Assembly: GCA_043802485.1 (NCBI GenBank)
Contig: JAZDKZ010000007.1
Location: 66,048 to 130,047 of the forward strand
Length of the DNA: 64,000 nt
From: Candidatus Aenigmatarchaeota archaeon
GTDB lineage: Archaea; Aenigmatarchaeota; Aenigmatarchaeia; Aenigmatarchaeales; Aenigmatarchaeaceae
Direction of reading: 5' to 3'
Below the pieces are notes generated by a model. It did not search any database, had not been told where the DNA came from, and worked only from the letters and a program-made list of their open reading frames with translations. Below, piece by piece: positions 1-9,736 of this stretch. The translations under genes and the position numbers were made by a program. The first letter of the stretch is position 1. The number at the start of each line of letters is the position of its first letter.

Positions 1-885
1 ATTGTCTCCTTTTTTTCTTAAAAAAATACGCCTTTCTATAGGAAATTTTTGCTTTGTACCTGGACCGTAATTGAATTCTTTTCCAAAAAGTTCAAATGTC
101 ACATGAACTTGATTTACATTATCAGGACTACGAATTACAAAACAAGCTTCTGACGGTTTATCATAAAAAGACTGTGTTTGACTACCCCATCCCAATTGTC
201 TTCCTTTACTGTCAAAAATTATATCTGTTAATTCTTTCCTTGTTTTAGGGTGTTCATAGCCATATTTATCAGCTAAATAGCATGCAAGTTCGAAACAGTT
301 ATCATCTGTTTGATAGTAACGTTTTATTTGTTTTTCAAAAACAACATGTCCTTGATTTTTTAATTCTTTACCTATTTGTTCTGCATTCTCTTTCCTTTTA
401 GAAAATTCGTTCCCTCTGCCATAACCTTCATAATCGGCCTCTTTGGCTTGTCTATCGAAGAATTTTTTAACAAAATCAAAAGTATTGCCTTTTTTATTAT
501 TCTCTGTTTTTTTGCGTCTTGGAAAGGAACCACTCTTATCTTTCAAAAGCGAACCCAAAGGAATAAACTTATCTTCAGCTTCCCTTTCCTTCATTGTCTT
601 TTCTACAAGTCTCCTGAAATCTGGAAAATCTGAACTTAAAGAGGTTTTAGTATCTGAAAAATCTGAACCAGCAAAACCCCTTGGTATTACGAAAGACTTG
701 TCCATAATCTTTAGAAAGGTCCTCAACTCATCTTCGCTCAAGGTTTTCAGATAAGAAGACTGTATAGATTCGTGTCTTTCAAACATAATGTTATTCAACT
801 TTTCAAGTTTTCTAGGCTCAAAACTTCTTATAAGGTCTTCTCGGCTTTCTTCTTTATTTTTTCTAAACCTATTAAACAATCCCAT
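1..885 (-). CDS. Hypothetical protein, 3'-partial (>=295 aa), with a possible Cys-His papain-like C-terminal domain
   Basis: Hand-translated from ATG at 885 (MGLFNRFRKNKEESR...) with no stop to base 1. Absent from the ORF track because it runs off the window. Contains DDNCFELACYLA...QVHVTF...FNYG. AT-rich. Confidence 0.8.
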   Translation of the reverse strand, partial: MGLFNRFRKNKEESREDLIRSFEPRKLEKLNNIMFERHESIQSSYLKTLSEDELRTFLKIMDKSFVIPRGFAGSDFSDTKTSLSSDFPDFRRLVEKTMKEREAEDKFIPLGSLLKDKSGSFPRRKKTENNKKGNTFDFVKKFFDRQAKEADYEGYGRGNEFSKRKENAEQIGKELKNQGHVVFEKQIKRYYQTDDNCFELACYLADKYGYEHPKTRKELTDIIFDSKGRQLGWGSQTQSFYDKPSEACFVIRSPDNVNQVHVTFELFGKEFNYGPGTKQKFPIERRIFLRKKGDN

Positions 886-915
886 GGTTTAGATTTGTTA
901 AAGTCAGCATATAAA

Positions 916-1695
916 TTATCCAAAGAACAAAACAACCTGGGCAGACGTGATGTTATACGTCGTGTCAACCTCTGTCGACAAATCCAGCTTATTGGTGCCT
1001 ACTTTCAGAGTGTCAATGGCAAAGTCAGTATACACGGGCGTCCAGCCAGAATATATCTCCACTCCATTTATCATGACATTAATATTGCCCTTGCCATCTC
1101 TAGTACCGAATATGAGCAGCCTTGCCCTGCTCAGGCTCTCTGCCTCATGCTCGGTCACTTCAAAGTCAAAGGACTGGGTCTTCTTGCTCTCATAATTGAC
1201 AGAAACATCCATGTCCAGTATGTAGACGGTCGGCGCCCACATCTTCCAGCCGGAGCTCTCGGCAACAACCTTGATGTTATTGTTGCTCTCAATGATAGAA
1301 CCATCAAGACTTATCGTCTTCTCCCCTATGCCAGGCGCTCCCTTGTAGACCTGCTCGTCGTTCACATAGACGAACAGGTTACCGTAATAGTTGGAGTTCC
1401 ATATCTTCATCTTCAGAACGCCCTCTGTGACATCCCCGGCATTGTCGACATCAAAATCCTTCATCTGCTCTAGATGTGAGAACAATCCGTTGTTGACCTC
1501 GCCGCCAAAAGACAGTATATCCTCATGCCCGACATTGTAGGAGACAGTAAAGTCCATGCCCAACATCTCTGTCCTGCTTGATTGGGATATGCCTGTACTT
1601 CCGGCTGCAAAAAAGTCGAAACCACCACCGAAGGCCAGCAGCAGCACTATGAGTCCCAACACTGCTGCTACCAGAACAGGAATAAAGTCAGGCAT
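916..1695 (-). CDS. Membrane-anchored/secreted beta-rich hypothetical protein
   Basis: 259-aa ORF with an N-terminal hydrophobic helix followed by acidic beta-strand-like sequence. Confidence 0.75.
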   Translation of the reverse strand: MPDFIPVLVAAVLGLIVLLLAFGGGFDFFAAGSTGISQSSRTEMLGMDFTVSYNVGHEDILSFGGEVNNGLFSHLEQMKDFDVDNAGDVTEGVLKMKIWNSNYYGNLFVYVNDEQVYKGAPGIGEKTISLDGSIIESNNNIKVVAESSGWKMWAPTVYILDMDVSVNYESKKTQSFDFEVTEHEAESLSRARLLIFGTRDGKGNINVMINGVEIYSGWTPVYTDFAIDTLKVGTNKLDLSTEVDTTYNITSAQVVLFFG

Positions 1696-1733
1696 AAATG
1701 TATTTAAAATATCTAAGAATAAAAATATACCTT

Positions 1734-2741
1734 ATGCTCTCTTCCATGGACTTGAAGCACAATATGGTCAAAGTCACGCCGCAGAACAGGAACGACCTTT
1801 TCATACTCAACGAACTGATAACGCCGGACAGTCTTGTCACTGCCCGCTCTCCAAGGAGCATCAAGGTGAGGAGGGGCGACAGGATGGAACGGGCAAAGAC
1901 TGGTAGAAAAGAAGTCCTGATGAAGGTTGTCGTGGAAAAGACCGAAATAAAGGAGCACCTGAGGCTCACAGGCAAGATTCTTGAAGCGCCGGACATTGTT
2001 GACAAGGGATATCACACCATTGACGTCGAGCCGGGTAAATTGCTGACGATTGAGAAGGAGTGGAGGTCCTGGGAGATAGACAGATTGAAAGCTGCCGAGA
2101 TAAAGTCAGAACCTGTTCTTGTCTGCGTTCTGGATGACGAAGAGGCTGATTTCTATTTCCTGAAGGAAAGATACAAGCACCTGCTCAGCATGAGATCTGA
2201 AGTTTCTGGCAAGGCATTCGACACCAGGAATGCTGAAAACAAGAGAAAGGAATACTATGAGAACCTGATAAAGAAGCTAAAGGTAAAATCATCCAATGTG
2301 AAGAAGATAATAATAGCAGGCCCTGGCTTCACCAAAGAGGACCTGCAGAACGTTATCAAGGCAAAGGAAAAAAACATGCTGGAAAAGATAATGGTAAAAC
2401 CAACTTACCAGACAGGTAAATTAGGTCTCCAGGAGCTGCTCCGCCAGGGCTTGCTGGAGAAACTGGGCAAGATGAGCAGGGTTGAGGAAGAGTCCAAGGC
2501 TGTTGAGGCCATAATCGAGGGCATTGGCAAAGGCAAGACCATACAGGGGATTGACGTAAAGGATGCTATTGAAGCAGGCAAGGTCAGCATGCTCCTTGTC
2601 TCTGACAACAAGATAAGGGACTATGAGGAACTGCTGAACCTAGCAGACGAGATGAAGGCAAAGATAATGATAATTTCTTCCAACCATCCGGCAGGAGAAA
2701 GATTGCTGGATCTGGGCGGAATAGCCGCTTTATTGTCCTAG
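1734..2741 (+). CDS. pelA: Pelota/Dom34 ribosome rescue factor
   Basis: LRLTGKI, GYHTIDVE, IIIAGPGFTKE, GERLLDLGGIAALL. ATG 1734 preferred over 1698 by family N-terminus. Confidence 0.95.
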   Translation: MLSSMDLKHNMVKVTPQNRNDLFILNELITPDSLVTARSPRSIKVRRGDRMERAKTGRKEVLMKVVVEKTEIKEHLRLTGKILEAPDIVDKGYHTIDVEPGKLLTIEKEWRSWEIDRLKAAEIKSEPVLVCVLDDEEADFYFLKERYKHLLSMRSEVSGKAFDTRNAENKRKEYYENLIKKLKVKSSNVKKIIIAGPGFTKEDLQNVIKAKEKNMLEKIMVKPTYQTGKLGLQELLRQGLLEKLGKMSRVEEESKAVEAIIEGIGKGKTIQGIDVKDAIEAGKVSMLLVSDNKIRDYEELLNLADEMKAKIMIISSNHPAGERLLDLGGIAALLS

Positions 2742-3304
2742 TCAACGACAGGATAGACATAGTTGGTGAAGCACAATGCTACCAGAGCAGTGCCGAATTT
2801 TTTCTCCGGCACAAAGCTTCTTGATATCACTTTGATGTCCCTCAAATCATACTTGTCGTCAAAGCCGTTGGTATAGAGCTCTTTCAGGCTTGCCCTTAGA
2901 CTTTGCACAGCAAAGTCTTCAGTGTCATGCCCGTTGTATTCACATACAAGACCGCCGTACTTTTCACCAGTCGTCCTGTCATACAGCCAGCCGAAGATGA
3001 TTCCCACTGTAGCTGTCTGGCCCTTTTCTGCGTTGGCGCAGGCCATTATCGTCTCCATCACAGAGCCGTGCACGAAATCAGCTGGTCTGGGCACCTCTTG
3101 GGCGATGGCAGGAAGTATGGAAGAATAGGTCATTATGTTGAAGCTCTCTATGCCAGCATCCTTCAAGGCAAGATGATAAGAGCCTGCATGGACAGTTATG
3201 TCGCTCTGGCCGACGCCAGTTGTTATGAAAAAGTCCTTTGGAACTCTGTTGCCTATCTTTATCTGCTTTACAGCGAGCTGGCTTTGGAGGAAGTTTTTTA
3301 TCAT
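2738..3304 (-). CDS. pdaD: Pyruvoyl-dependent arginine decarboxylase
   Basis: ALKDAGIESFNIMTYSSILP with the Ser-Ser autocleavage site; GGLVCEY. Confidence 0.93.
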   Translation of the reverse strand: MIKNFLQSQLAVKQIKIGNRVPKDFFITTGVGQSDITVHAGSYHLALKDAGIESFNIMTYSSILPAIAQEVPRPADFVHGSVMETIMACANAEKGQTATVGIIFGWLYDRTTGEKYGGLVCEYNGHDTEDFAVQSLRASLKELYTNGFDDKYDLRDIKVISRSFVPEKKFGTALVALCFTNYVYPVVD

Positions 3305-3429
3305 ATTATCACACGATTGTCTTAGAAAAAGTATCTATGAAAACAATTCTGCTATTTTTAATTTGGTACTCCGCTTTTAATTTTTATTAAAATAGATAAT
3401 CTGCCCAAGTTTATAAAAATATCACTGAG

Positions 3430-3532
3430 TGGACCGGAGGGGACTCGAACCCCTAACCTCTTATGGCCCTGAAGGGTTTCCATTTTGGTTTAGATTGCCA
3501 AGGAAGCGATCTTCCAGTTGATCTACCGGCCC
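3430..3532 (-). tRNA. tRNA-Ala(GGC) with two introns (37/38, 13 nt, 3483-3495; 42/43, 17 nt, 3461-3477)
   Basis: Removing both introns gives GGGCCGGTAGATCAACTGGAAGATCGCTTCCTTGGCATGGAAGAGGTTAGGGGTTCGAGTCCCCTCCGGTCCA with G3:U70. Central helices TTGG/CCAA and ATGG/CCAT are each flanked by 3-nt bulges. Confidence 0.9.
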
Positions 3533-3571
3533 TGTTATTTAGAATAAAACTTTCCTAAATTTATAAATGAG

Positions 3572-3681
3572 TGGGCCGGGCAGGACTCGAACCTGCGATA
3601 TTCACCGTGTAAGGGTGACGTATGCCATTGTTCCAAGGGCTCAACCCTAAGAAACAATCATAGCCGCTAGACCACCGGCCC
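3572..3681 (-). tRNA. tRNA-Val(TAC) with a 37-nt D-arm intron (23/24, 3622-3658)
   Basis: Acceptor stem GGGCCGG/CCGGCCC; anticodon arm TCACC-CTTACAC-GGTGA; full BHB: GCG GCTA TG^A TTGTTTC...GGAACAA TGGC AT^A CGT. Confidence 0.92.
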
Positions 3682-3800
3682 TTGCTTATTTAATTAATTC
3701 AAATCAATTTAAAAGTTTACTGTAGGGCTTAAAGAAAAGAAATACTAGCCGGAAATTTAAATCCTTTTAACTTATACAAAAAGAAAGAAAAAAGTGGATG

Positions 3801-3940
3801 TGGGCGAGGGGAGATTCGAATTCGGTAGCTCTCATCCACAAGAGCTTCTCCCGACCTCCAGTTTCTACAGAACACAGCCAACAAAAAGGACTGACGTCCT
3901 CTTATAAGACTGGCGCTCTGCCAGGCTAAGCTACCCGCCC
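3801..3940 (-). tRNA. tRNA-Ile(TAT) with two introns (38/39, 39 nt, 3863-3901; 53/54, 27 nt, 3821-3847)
   Basis: Acceptor stem GGGCGGG/CTCGCCC+A. After splicing: anticodon arm CCAGT-CTTATAA-ACTGG and T-arm GGGAG-TTCGAAT-CTCCC. Both introns form hairpins with relaxed BHB motifs. Confidence 0.85.
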
Positions 3941-3976
3941 GTTAAGGATTTATTTTGTCTTCAGCAATTTAAAAAT

Positions 3977-4870
3977 ATGTTTAATGTAAGGCAACAAGTC
4001 AAAATGTTCCTTGAAAAGAGCGACTATGTGATTTGTGAGTACAGGGGATGCTTTGACATAGCCGCGCAGAAAAACGTATTATTGTTGCTGAAAATTCTAT
4101 TGAACGTGGACTCGTTCCAGCAGGAGCAGGCCAGAAACCTGAAGATAATCTCGAACAATCTTGACGCGCATCCCATGCTGATAGGGGTTCAGACAACCAG
4201 GGAGAAGCTAAAGCATGGCATAGTGTACGAAAGGTATGACTTGCCGACATTATCATTAAAGACGTTCGAGGACTTGATATGCAGTTCAATCTATCCAAGA
4301 ATATACAGGGACCGCGGAGGCCTGTATGTTGAGATAGATTCTGACGTGCTAAAGGACTCCAGAAAAAGGAAAGGTTTGACACAAAGAGAATTGGCAGAGG
4401 CTGTAGGCATAAACAAAAAAGCGATATATGAGCACGAGAAGAAGCAGCTGAGGATGATGCTTGACATTGCCGAGAAGCTGGAAAGGATACTCGACAACAG
4501 GATTATAACAAAGACCGAGGTCTTCAAGAAATATGAGGAACACGGCAAGCCTGAAGGCACCTTGGAGAAAATGGTTGGCAATAATCTGGAAAAACTGGGC
4601 TTCAAGACAGACTATGTCAAGCAGGCGCCGTTCGATGTCTTTGCCAGAGAAAGGGCGCTGGTCATATCCAACATCGAGATCAACAAAAGGAAGATGATAA
4701 AGAACGCCGCAGACCTCAGGGACTTTATCAAGGTGGTGAAAAAACCTGCTGTTATGATAACCGACAAGACTGAAGAAGAGGAGATACACGGAATCCCTGT
4801 TATCGACAAAGCAGAACTGGAAAGCATGGAAAAGAAAGACCTGATAAAGAAGGCGAAAAAAGCGATTTAA
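3977..4870 (+). CDS. Archaeal HTH transcriptional regulator (COG1395-like, central Cro/XRE HTH)
   Basis: LLLKILLNVDS, RGGLYVEID, LTQRELAEAVGINKKAIYEHE, APFDVFA; lies upstream of the thermosome as is usual for this family. Confidence 0.88.
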   Translation: MFNVRQQVKMFLEKSDYVICEYRGCFDIAAQKNVLLLLKILLNVDSFQQEQARNLKIISNNLDAHPMLIGVQTTREKLKHGIVYERYDLPTLSLKTFEDLICSSIYPRIYRDRGGLYVEIDSDVLKDSRKRKGLTQRELAEAVGINKKAIYEHEKKQLRMMLDIAEKLERILDNRIITKTEVFKKYEEHGKPEGTLEKMVGNNLEKLGFKTDYVKQAPFDVFARERALVISNIEINKRKMIKNAADLRDFIKVVKKPAVMITDKTEEEEIHGIPVIDKAELESMEKKDLIKKAKKAI

Positions 4871-4900
4871 TAGTATAGAAGACCAATTATTATTGATTCT

Positions 4901-5128
4901 ATGGTAGTAGAATGGATAAAAAACCTTACAATAACCTTTGTGACCACTGTTCTCGTAATCGCGCTGAGCATAGTCTACTTTGGCTTGTTGTTATGGGTAG
5001 TGAAAATAGCAAGCGAGGCGTTTTTCGGACCAGGCTTGGATGCCAACTGGGCAGTTTTTGCAGCTGCAATAATGTCAGCAGCCACTGTCATAGCAGGCGC
5101 CTTGGAAAAGAAGCCTTCTAAGAAATAG
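4901..5128 (+). CDS. Small two-TM membrane protein
   Basis: 75 aa, two hydrophobic helices, fills the intergenic gap. Confidence 0.7.
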   Translation: MVVEWIKNLTITFVTTVLVIALSIVYFGLLLWVVKIASEAFFGPGLDANWAVFAAAIMSAATVIAGALEKKPSKK

Positions 5129-5168
5129 GCTTTCCTTTTTTTTAATTTTATTAACTACATAATGGATA

Positions 5169-5999
5169 ATGATTATTATGGCTCTGTCTGAAATCCTAAC
5201 ACCAATAAACATGTTGGAATCTGTGTTAGTGATAGTTTCAGCATACTTGATAGTCAAATTCTTTGAGAAAAACCTCATCAACCCCATGGCAAAAAGGGGA
5301 GAGAAGAGAAGCGTCGTAATACCGCTGAAGAGGGTAATATCGATAATAGTATACCTGATAGCGTTTGTCCTGATTCTGATAATTTTCAATATTGACGTCA
5401 CTGCTGCTTTAACAGGTTTGGGTGTGGGGGCCATAATCTTAGGCTTCGGCCTGCAGGACATAGTCTCCAACTGGGTCTCTGGAATAATAATAACAGCAGA
5501 GAGGATATACAAGATAGACGACGTCATCAAAATCGGCGACATCACAGGCACTGTCAGGGACATAAGCCTCAGGTCGACCAAATTGACCACCTATGACAAG
5601 AACGACGTGATAATACCCAACTCCCAGATAATAAAGGAGAAGGTGGTGAACCTCACCGGAGGCAGCAGCGAGTCTGTTTCTTCCATAACGTTCATGATAG
5701 ACTACACATCTGACACGGACAAGGCAAAGAAGGTCATGGAAAAGGCCCTGAGAAAGGACGAAAACGTCGTTTTCGATGAGAAAAGAAAGAGGGAAATAAG
5801 GTTCATAGTGAGGAGCAAGGAGTGGACAACAGAAGTAGAGGCGCTTTTCTGGATAAACGTGCCAAGAAGCGAGGAGTTCATAAAATCAAGGCTGACGCAG
5901 GCAATCAAAAAGGAGTTCGAAAGGGAGAACATAATACCTACAATACCGGCTTTCTTGAGAAAGGGCTACATACACGCCAGGAAAAGGCCCAAAAGATAG
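5169..5999 (+). CDS. mscS: Small-conductance mechanosensitive channel (MscS family)
   Basis: GLGVGAIILGFGLQDIVSNWVSGIII...GTVRDISLRST...IIPNS. Confidence 0.93.
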   Translation: MIIMALSEILTPINMLESVLVIVSAYLIVKFFEKNLINPMAKRGEKRSVVIPLKRVISIIVYLIAFVLILIIFNIDVTAALTGLGVGAIILGFGLQDIVSNWVSGIIITAERIYKIDDVIKIGDITGTVRDISLRSTKLTTYDKNDVIIPNSQIIKEKVVNLTGGSSESVSSITFMIDYTSDTDKAKKVMEKALRKDENVVFDEKRKREIRFIVRSKEWTTEVEALFWINVPRSEEFIKSRLTQAIKKEFERENIIPTIPAFLRKGYIHARKRPKR

Positions 6000-6048
6000 C
6001 ATTAAAGGGGGTTATAGACGTACTAATTCTTAAGGTGTTTAATTGGGA

Positions 6049-6327
6049 ATGATAAAAGAATTCATGGATTTCGTGAAAAAACAAAACATCGTATCAGTTG
6101 CGCTGGGTTTAATAATCGGTTTTGCAGCCAAGACATTGATAGACGCTTTGGTAGCAGACATTATAAGTCCTTTATACACGCCGTATATGGGATTAGACGC
6201 TGAAGCGGCGGTAACAGTGGGCTTGTCAACGTTCAAGATAGGCCATTTCATAGAAGCATTGGTCAGTTTTCTAGTGATTATGTTGGTAGCATTCTTAGTC
6301 GCAAAGAGTATGAAGAATAAGTTATAA
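6049..6327 (+). CDS. mscL: Large-conductance mechanosensitive channel (short MscL family)
   Basis: MIKEFMDFVKKQNIVSVALGLIIG...LVADIISP...IGHFIEALVSFLVI; no C-terminal bundle. Confidence 0.85.
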   Translation: MIKEFMDFVKKQNIVSVALGLIIGFAAKTLIDALVADIISPLYTPYMGLDAEAAVTVGLSTFKIGHFIEALVSFLVIMLVAFLVAKSMKNKL

Positions 6328-6413
6328 ACGCGCATACTCTTTTTTTCTTTATTTTAATTAGCTTTAAATAATTTAGAGATATACTTACATACACATATTT
6401 TTGTAATAAAAAC

Positions 6414-6420
6414 GAGGTGG
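6414..6420 (+). promoter_or_regulatory. Shine-Dalgarno site of the thermosome gene
   Basis: GAGGTGG followed by TAAAAA then ATG. Confidence 0.8.
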
Positions 6421-6426
6421 TAAAAA

Positions 6427-8079
6427 ATGAGTAACGGACAAATGCAAATGGGAGGACAGCCTATTCTGGTTTTGCCTGAGGGCACATTTAGAACATTGGG
6501 CAAGGGAGCCCAATACACTAACATATCAGCGGCAAAGGCAGTGGCAGACGCTGTTAGGACAACCCTGGGTCCAAAAGGCATGGACAAGATGCTTGTGGAC
6601 AACATGGGAGACATTGTAATAACGAACGATGGAGTCACAATTCTTGAGGAAATGCAGCTAGAGCATCCAGCAGCTAAGATGCTTGTGGAAGTCGCCAAGA
6701 CGCAGAACGAAGAAGTGGGCGACGGAACGACTACAGCAGCTGTTTTAGCAGGCGAGTTGCTGAAAAGGGCAGAAGAACTCTTGGAACAGAACATACACCC
6801 GACTGTCATAACAAAGGGTTACAAGCTGGCAAGGGAAAAGGCACTGGTAATTCTTGAAAAAATTTCAGAAAAGGTCACTACAGATGATATCGACGTTCTC
6901 AAAAAGATAGCAATAACATCAATGACAGGCAAGAGCTCTGAAAGGGCCTCAGATCAATTGGCAAAGCTGATAGTAGACGCAGTCAGAACTGTCATGGAAA
7001 CAGTGGATAATAAAATAGAGATAAACAAGGATAATATCAAGCTGGAAAAGAAGGGGGGTGGCTCATCCGAAGATACAGAACTGATCAGAGGCGTCATAAT
7101 AGACAAAGAAGTCGTGCACCCAGGAATGCCAAAACGTGTCAAGTATGCAAAAATCGCTCTGATGGACGCGTCGCTTGAGATAGAGAAGACGGAGACAGAC
7201 GCGCAGATACAGATAACATCGCCCAACCAGCTGCAGGATTTTCTTGACCAGGAAGAGAATATACTAAAGAATATGGTAGAGAAGGTAGTATCGTCTGACT
7301 GCAACGTTTTGTTCTGCCAGAAAGGCATAGACGACGTTGCGCAGCACTTCCTTGCAAAAAAGGGCATACTGACAGCAAGAAGGGTGAAAAAGTCCGACAT
7401 GGAAAAGCTTGCAAGAGCGACAGGCGCAAAGATAGTGTCAAACATCTCTGACCTTTCTGTCAACGACCTTGGCAACGCAGGCCTTGTGGAAGAGAGGAAG
7501 ATTGCAGGCGAGCAGATGATTTTCGTCAGAGAGTGTAAGAATCCAAAGTCTGTTTCAATCCTGATAAGAGGCGGCACAGAACATGTCGTTGACGAGGTGG
7601 AAAGGGCAATGGAGGACGCGCTCGGAGCTGTGGTTTCTGCTTTGGAAGTCGGCAAGGTTGTGGCAGGCGGAGGCGCTCCAGAAGAGGCAGTCGCAAAAGG
7701 CCTGAAAGAGTTTGCTCAGAGCTTCTCTGGAAGGGAGCAGTTGGCTATACTGGCCTTTGCAGACGCGATGGAGATAATACCAAGGACCCTGGCAGAGAAC
7801 GCAGGCCTTGACCCGATAGACATTCTGGTCGAACTGAGGTCTGCCCATGAGAAAGGCAAGACCACGGCCGGAGTCAACGTGTACACCGGCAAGATTGTCG
7901 ACATGAAGGAGCTCGGTGTCATCGAGCCTTTGAAGATAAAGACGCAGGCGATAAAGTCTGCGGCAGAAGCAGCTGAGATGATCCTTAGAATCGACGACAT
8001 AATCTCTGCAGGCAAGCTTGACAAGGGCGGAATGCCGTCAATGCCTCCAGGCATGCCTGGAATGGGCGGAGGATACTAG
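6427..8079 (+). CDS. ths: Thermosome (group II chaperonin) subunit
   Basis: [35 protein letters not shown]-rich tail. Confidence 0.98.
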   Translation: MSNGQMQMGGQPILVLPEGTFRTLGKGAQYTNISAAKAVADAVRTTLGPKGMDKMLVDNMGDIVITNDGVTILEEMQLEHPAAKMLVEVAKTQNEEVGDGTTTAAVLAGELLKRAEELLEQNIHPTVITKGYKLAREKALVILEKISEKVTTDDIDVLKKIAITSMTGKSSERASDQLAKLIVDAVRTVMETVDNKIEINKDNIKLEKKGGGSSEDTELIRGVIIDKEVVHPGMPKRVKYAKIALMDASLEIEKTETDAQIQITSPNQLQDFLDQEENILKNMVEKVVSSDCNVLFCQKGIDDVAQHFLAKKGILTARRVKKSDMEKLARATGAKIVSNISDLSVNDLGNAGLVEERKIAGEQMIFVRECKNPKSVSILIRGGTEHVVDEVERAMEDALGAVVSALEVGKVVAGGGAPEEAVAKGLKEFAQSFSGREQLAILAFADAMEIIPRTLAENAGLDPIDILVELRSAHEKGKTTAGVNVYTGKIVDMKELGVIEPLKIKTQAIKSAAEAAEMILRIDDIISAGKLDKGGMPSMPPGMPGMGGGY

Positions 8080-8086
8080 TCCCCCG

Positions 8087-8107
8087 TTTCTTTTCATTTT
8101 TTTCTTA
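8087..8107 (+). terminator. Oligo-T terminator after the thermosome gene
   Basis: TTTCTTTTCATTTTTTTCTT immediately after the stop codon. Confidence 0.55.
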
Positions 8108-8141
8108 AACATTTATATATCGGTTCATTAAAACTATCTTT

Positions 8142-8636
8142 ATGCCAGACGAACGTTCTGACGAATCTTACGAAATCATACCAGTCACTCCATTGAAGAG
8201 GATGGAGAAGAGATTGGATGCGATTGAGAGTTCTAGCGCTGTTCCGCAGCTGCAATCGCTGATTAACCAGATAATAGAGCTCATAAGGAGCAACCAGAAG
8301 ATTGTTAACGATGTTATTCAAGCAAACGTCGAATTAAGGAACGCACTTTCCAAGATGCCTTCAAAGATTGACGAGATGACAAGCACGATGAAAAGCTTCA
8401 TCTCTTTGATAGAGACTGCTGGCAAGGAAGAGATGTCGACTCCAGGCCCTGAGCTGATGAGGCCTGTGACAGATGAACTAAAGAAGATGGTTGACCAGAA
8501 CCAGAAGATACTTGAGACCAACCAGTCCATGATAGACAAGCTAGATATTCTGGGCAGAAAGGCGAGGAGAGGAACGCCTGTCTCAGAGTTGCTGTCGTCC
8601 TACCCGAGCGTCAGGATGAAAAGGGACAGACAATGA
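8142..8636 (+). CDS. Cytoplasmic coiled-coil hypothetical protein upstream of the pilus locus
   Basis: 164 aa, heptad-like pattern, host-like codon usage. Confidence 0.8.
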   Translation: MPDERSDESYEIIPVTPLKRMEKRLDAIESSSAVPQLQSLINQIIELIRSNQKIVNDVIQANVELRNALSKMPSKIDEMTSTMKSFISLIETAGKEEMSTPGPELMRPVTDELKKMVDQNQKILETNQSMIDKLDILGRKARRGTPVSELLSSYPSVRMKRDRQ

Positions 8637-8720
8637 CAGTCTAATGATAACAGAAGAATTATATACTGGAAATACCAAACACATTTATATAAGGAAGTCG
8701 AAGAATAAAGAGGTGAAAAA

Positions 8721-9128
8721 ATGAAGGGAGTAAGCGCAGTAATTGCAGTTATTTTGATTTTAATGATAGTTGTTGCTATGGCTGCATTGGCTTATACCTG
8801 GTTCACATCAATGACTACAGACCTCATGACAAGCACGGGCCAGAGCATAAATAAAACAACAACACAGATGGCAAAGGGCTTTTCCATATCATCTGCTGGC
8901 TGCAACGCCGGTGCTCTGCAGTTTGCCATAGTAAACACTGGTACAGGTGTGTTGCAGGCTGATCAGGTCGAAGCGTCTTTGGACGGCTTGGATGCTAGCA
9001 CAAGCAACCCAGGCGGAACAATACCAGAAGGTGGTTCCCAGGTTTACACGGGCGGTTCTTGTGTCGGCGGTGAGACTCTGAGAGTAGTCATAGAATCTGG
9101 TTTAGCAATGACAAAAACTGTAGAGTAA
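8721..9128 (+). CDS. Archaeal type IV pilin (probable major pilin)
   Basis: Class III signal MKG|VSAVIAVILILMIVV; SD GAGGTGA at 8710-8716; own T-rich terminator. Confidence 0.9.
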   Translation: MKGVSAVIAVILILMIVVAMAALAYTWFTSMTTDLMTSTGQSINKTTTQMAKGFSISSAGCNAGALQFAIVNTGTGVLQADQVEASLDGLDASTSNPGGTIPEGGSQVYTGGSCVGGETLRVVIESGLAMTKTVE

Positions 9129-9153
9129 ATGACCTAGCAACAAGAGACTAGAC

Positions 9154-9190
9154 TTTTTTTATTATTTTTATAATTTTATTTCTTTTTTAT
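9154..9190 (+). terminator. T-rich terminator after the major pilin
   Basis: Long T-rich tract (TTTTTTTATTATTTTTTATAATTTTATTTCTTTTTTAT). Confidence 0.55.
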
Positions 9191-9226
9191 TCAATCTATA
9201 TATTCTGGGGAATGAATTTATCTATA

Positions 9227-9727
9227 ATGAAGGGCCAGGCAGAGGTAATAGTCTTCATTCTTCTGTTTCTAATAGGCATAAGCCTTTTCGCGTCAGCTAC
9301 AATATGGGGCAGGAAGATTTTCGAGGATAACATGGACTTCACAAAGCTGGAGGCCGCTGAAAAGATTATGATTGACATTGACAATGGAGTGTCCAACGTA
9401 ATAAAGTTCGGAGGCATTAAGGAAATAGCGTATCCTCTAGACGGGACCGTAGAGATAGTAGACACTAAAACCATAGAAATCAGGACGCCACTGAAAATAG
9501 AAATACAGGAAGAATGGATAAACATCTCTGAAGGGAATTCCTATATCAGGGAAAAGAAGGACGGCGACGACCTTGTTCTACAACTAATCTATCCTGACGG
9601 CGACTACATAGTAGAATTCTTCACTGACGGTTCAAGCCTTGACAGTCCCAACTACATAAAGCTGGAAAAGAACGAGACGTTCACCAATCCGACGTCTAGG
9701 ATTAAAATAAAAATAACCTTTATGTAA
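9227..9727 (+). CDS. Minor pilin-like protein
   Basis: MKG|QAEVIVFILLFLIG class III-like leader. Confidence 0.8.
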   Translation: MKGQAEVIVFILLFLIGISLFASATIWGRKIFEDNMDFTKLEAAEKIMIDIDNGVSNVIKFGGIKEIAYPLDGTVEIVDTKTIEIRTPLKIEIQEEWINISEGNSYIREKKDGDDLVLQLIYPDGDYIVEFFTDGSSLDSPNYIKLEKNETFTNPTSRIKIKITFM

Positions 9728-9736
9728 TTATCTCTT

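Noticed and set aside
376..1473. + strand ORFs 376-633, 443-754 and 772-1473
   Set aside because: Antisense shadows of the minus-strand genes at 1-885 and 916-1695
3862..3872. Alternative tRNA-Tyr reading (CT-GTA-GA at the intron 3' end)
   Set aside because: Would give an 8-nt anticodon loop, and the tRNA has G1-C72 rather than the archaeal Tyr C1-G72
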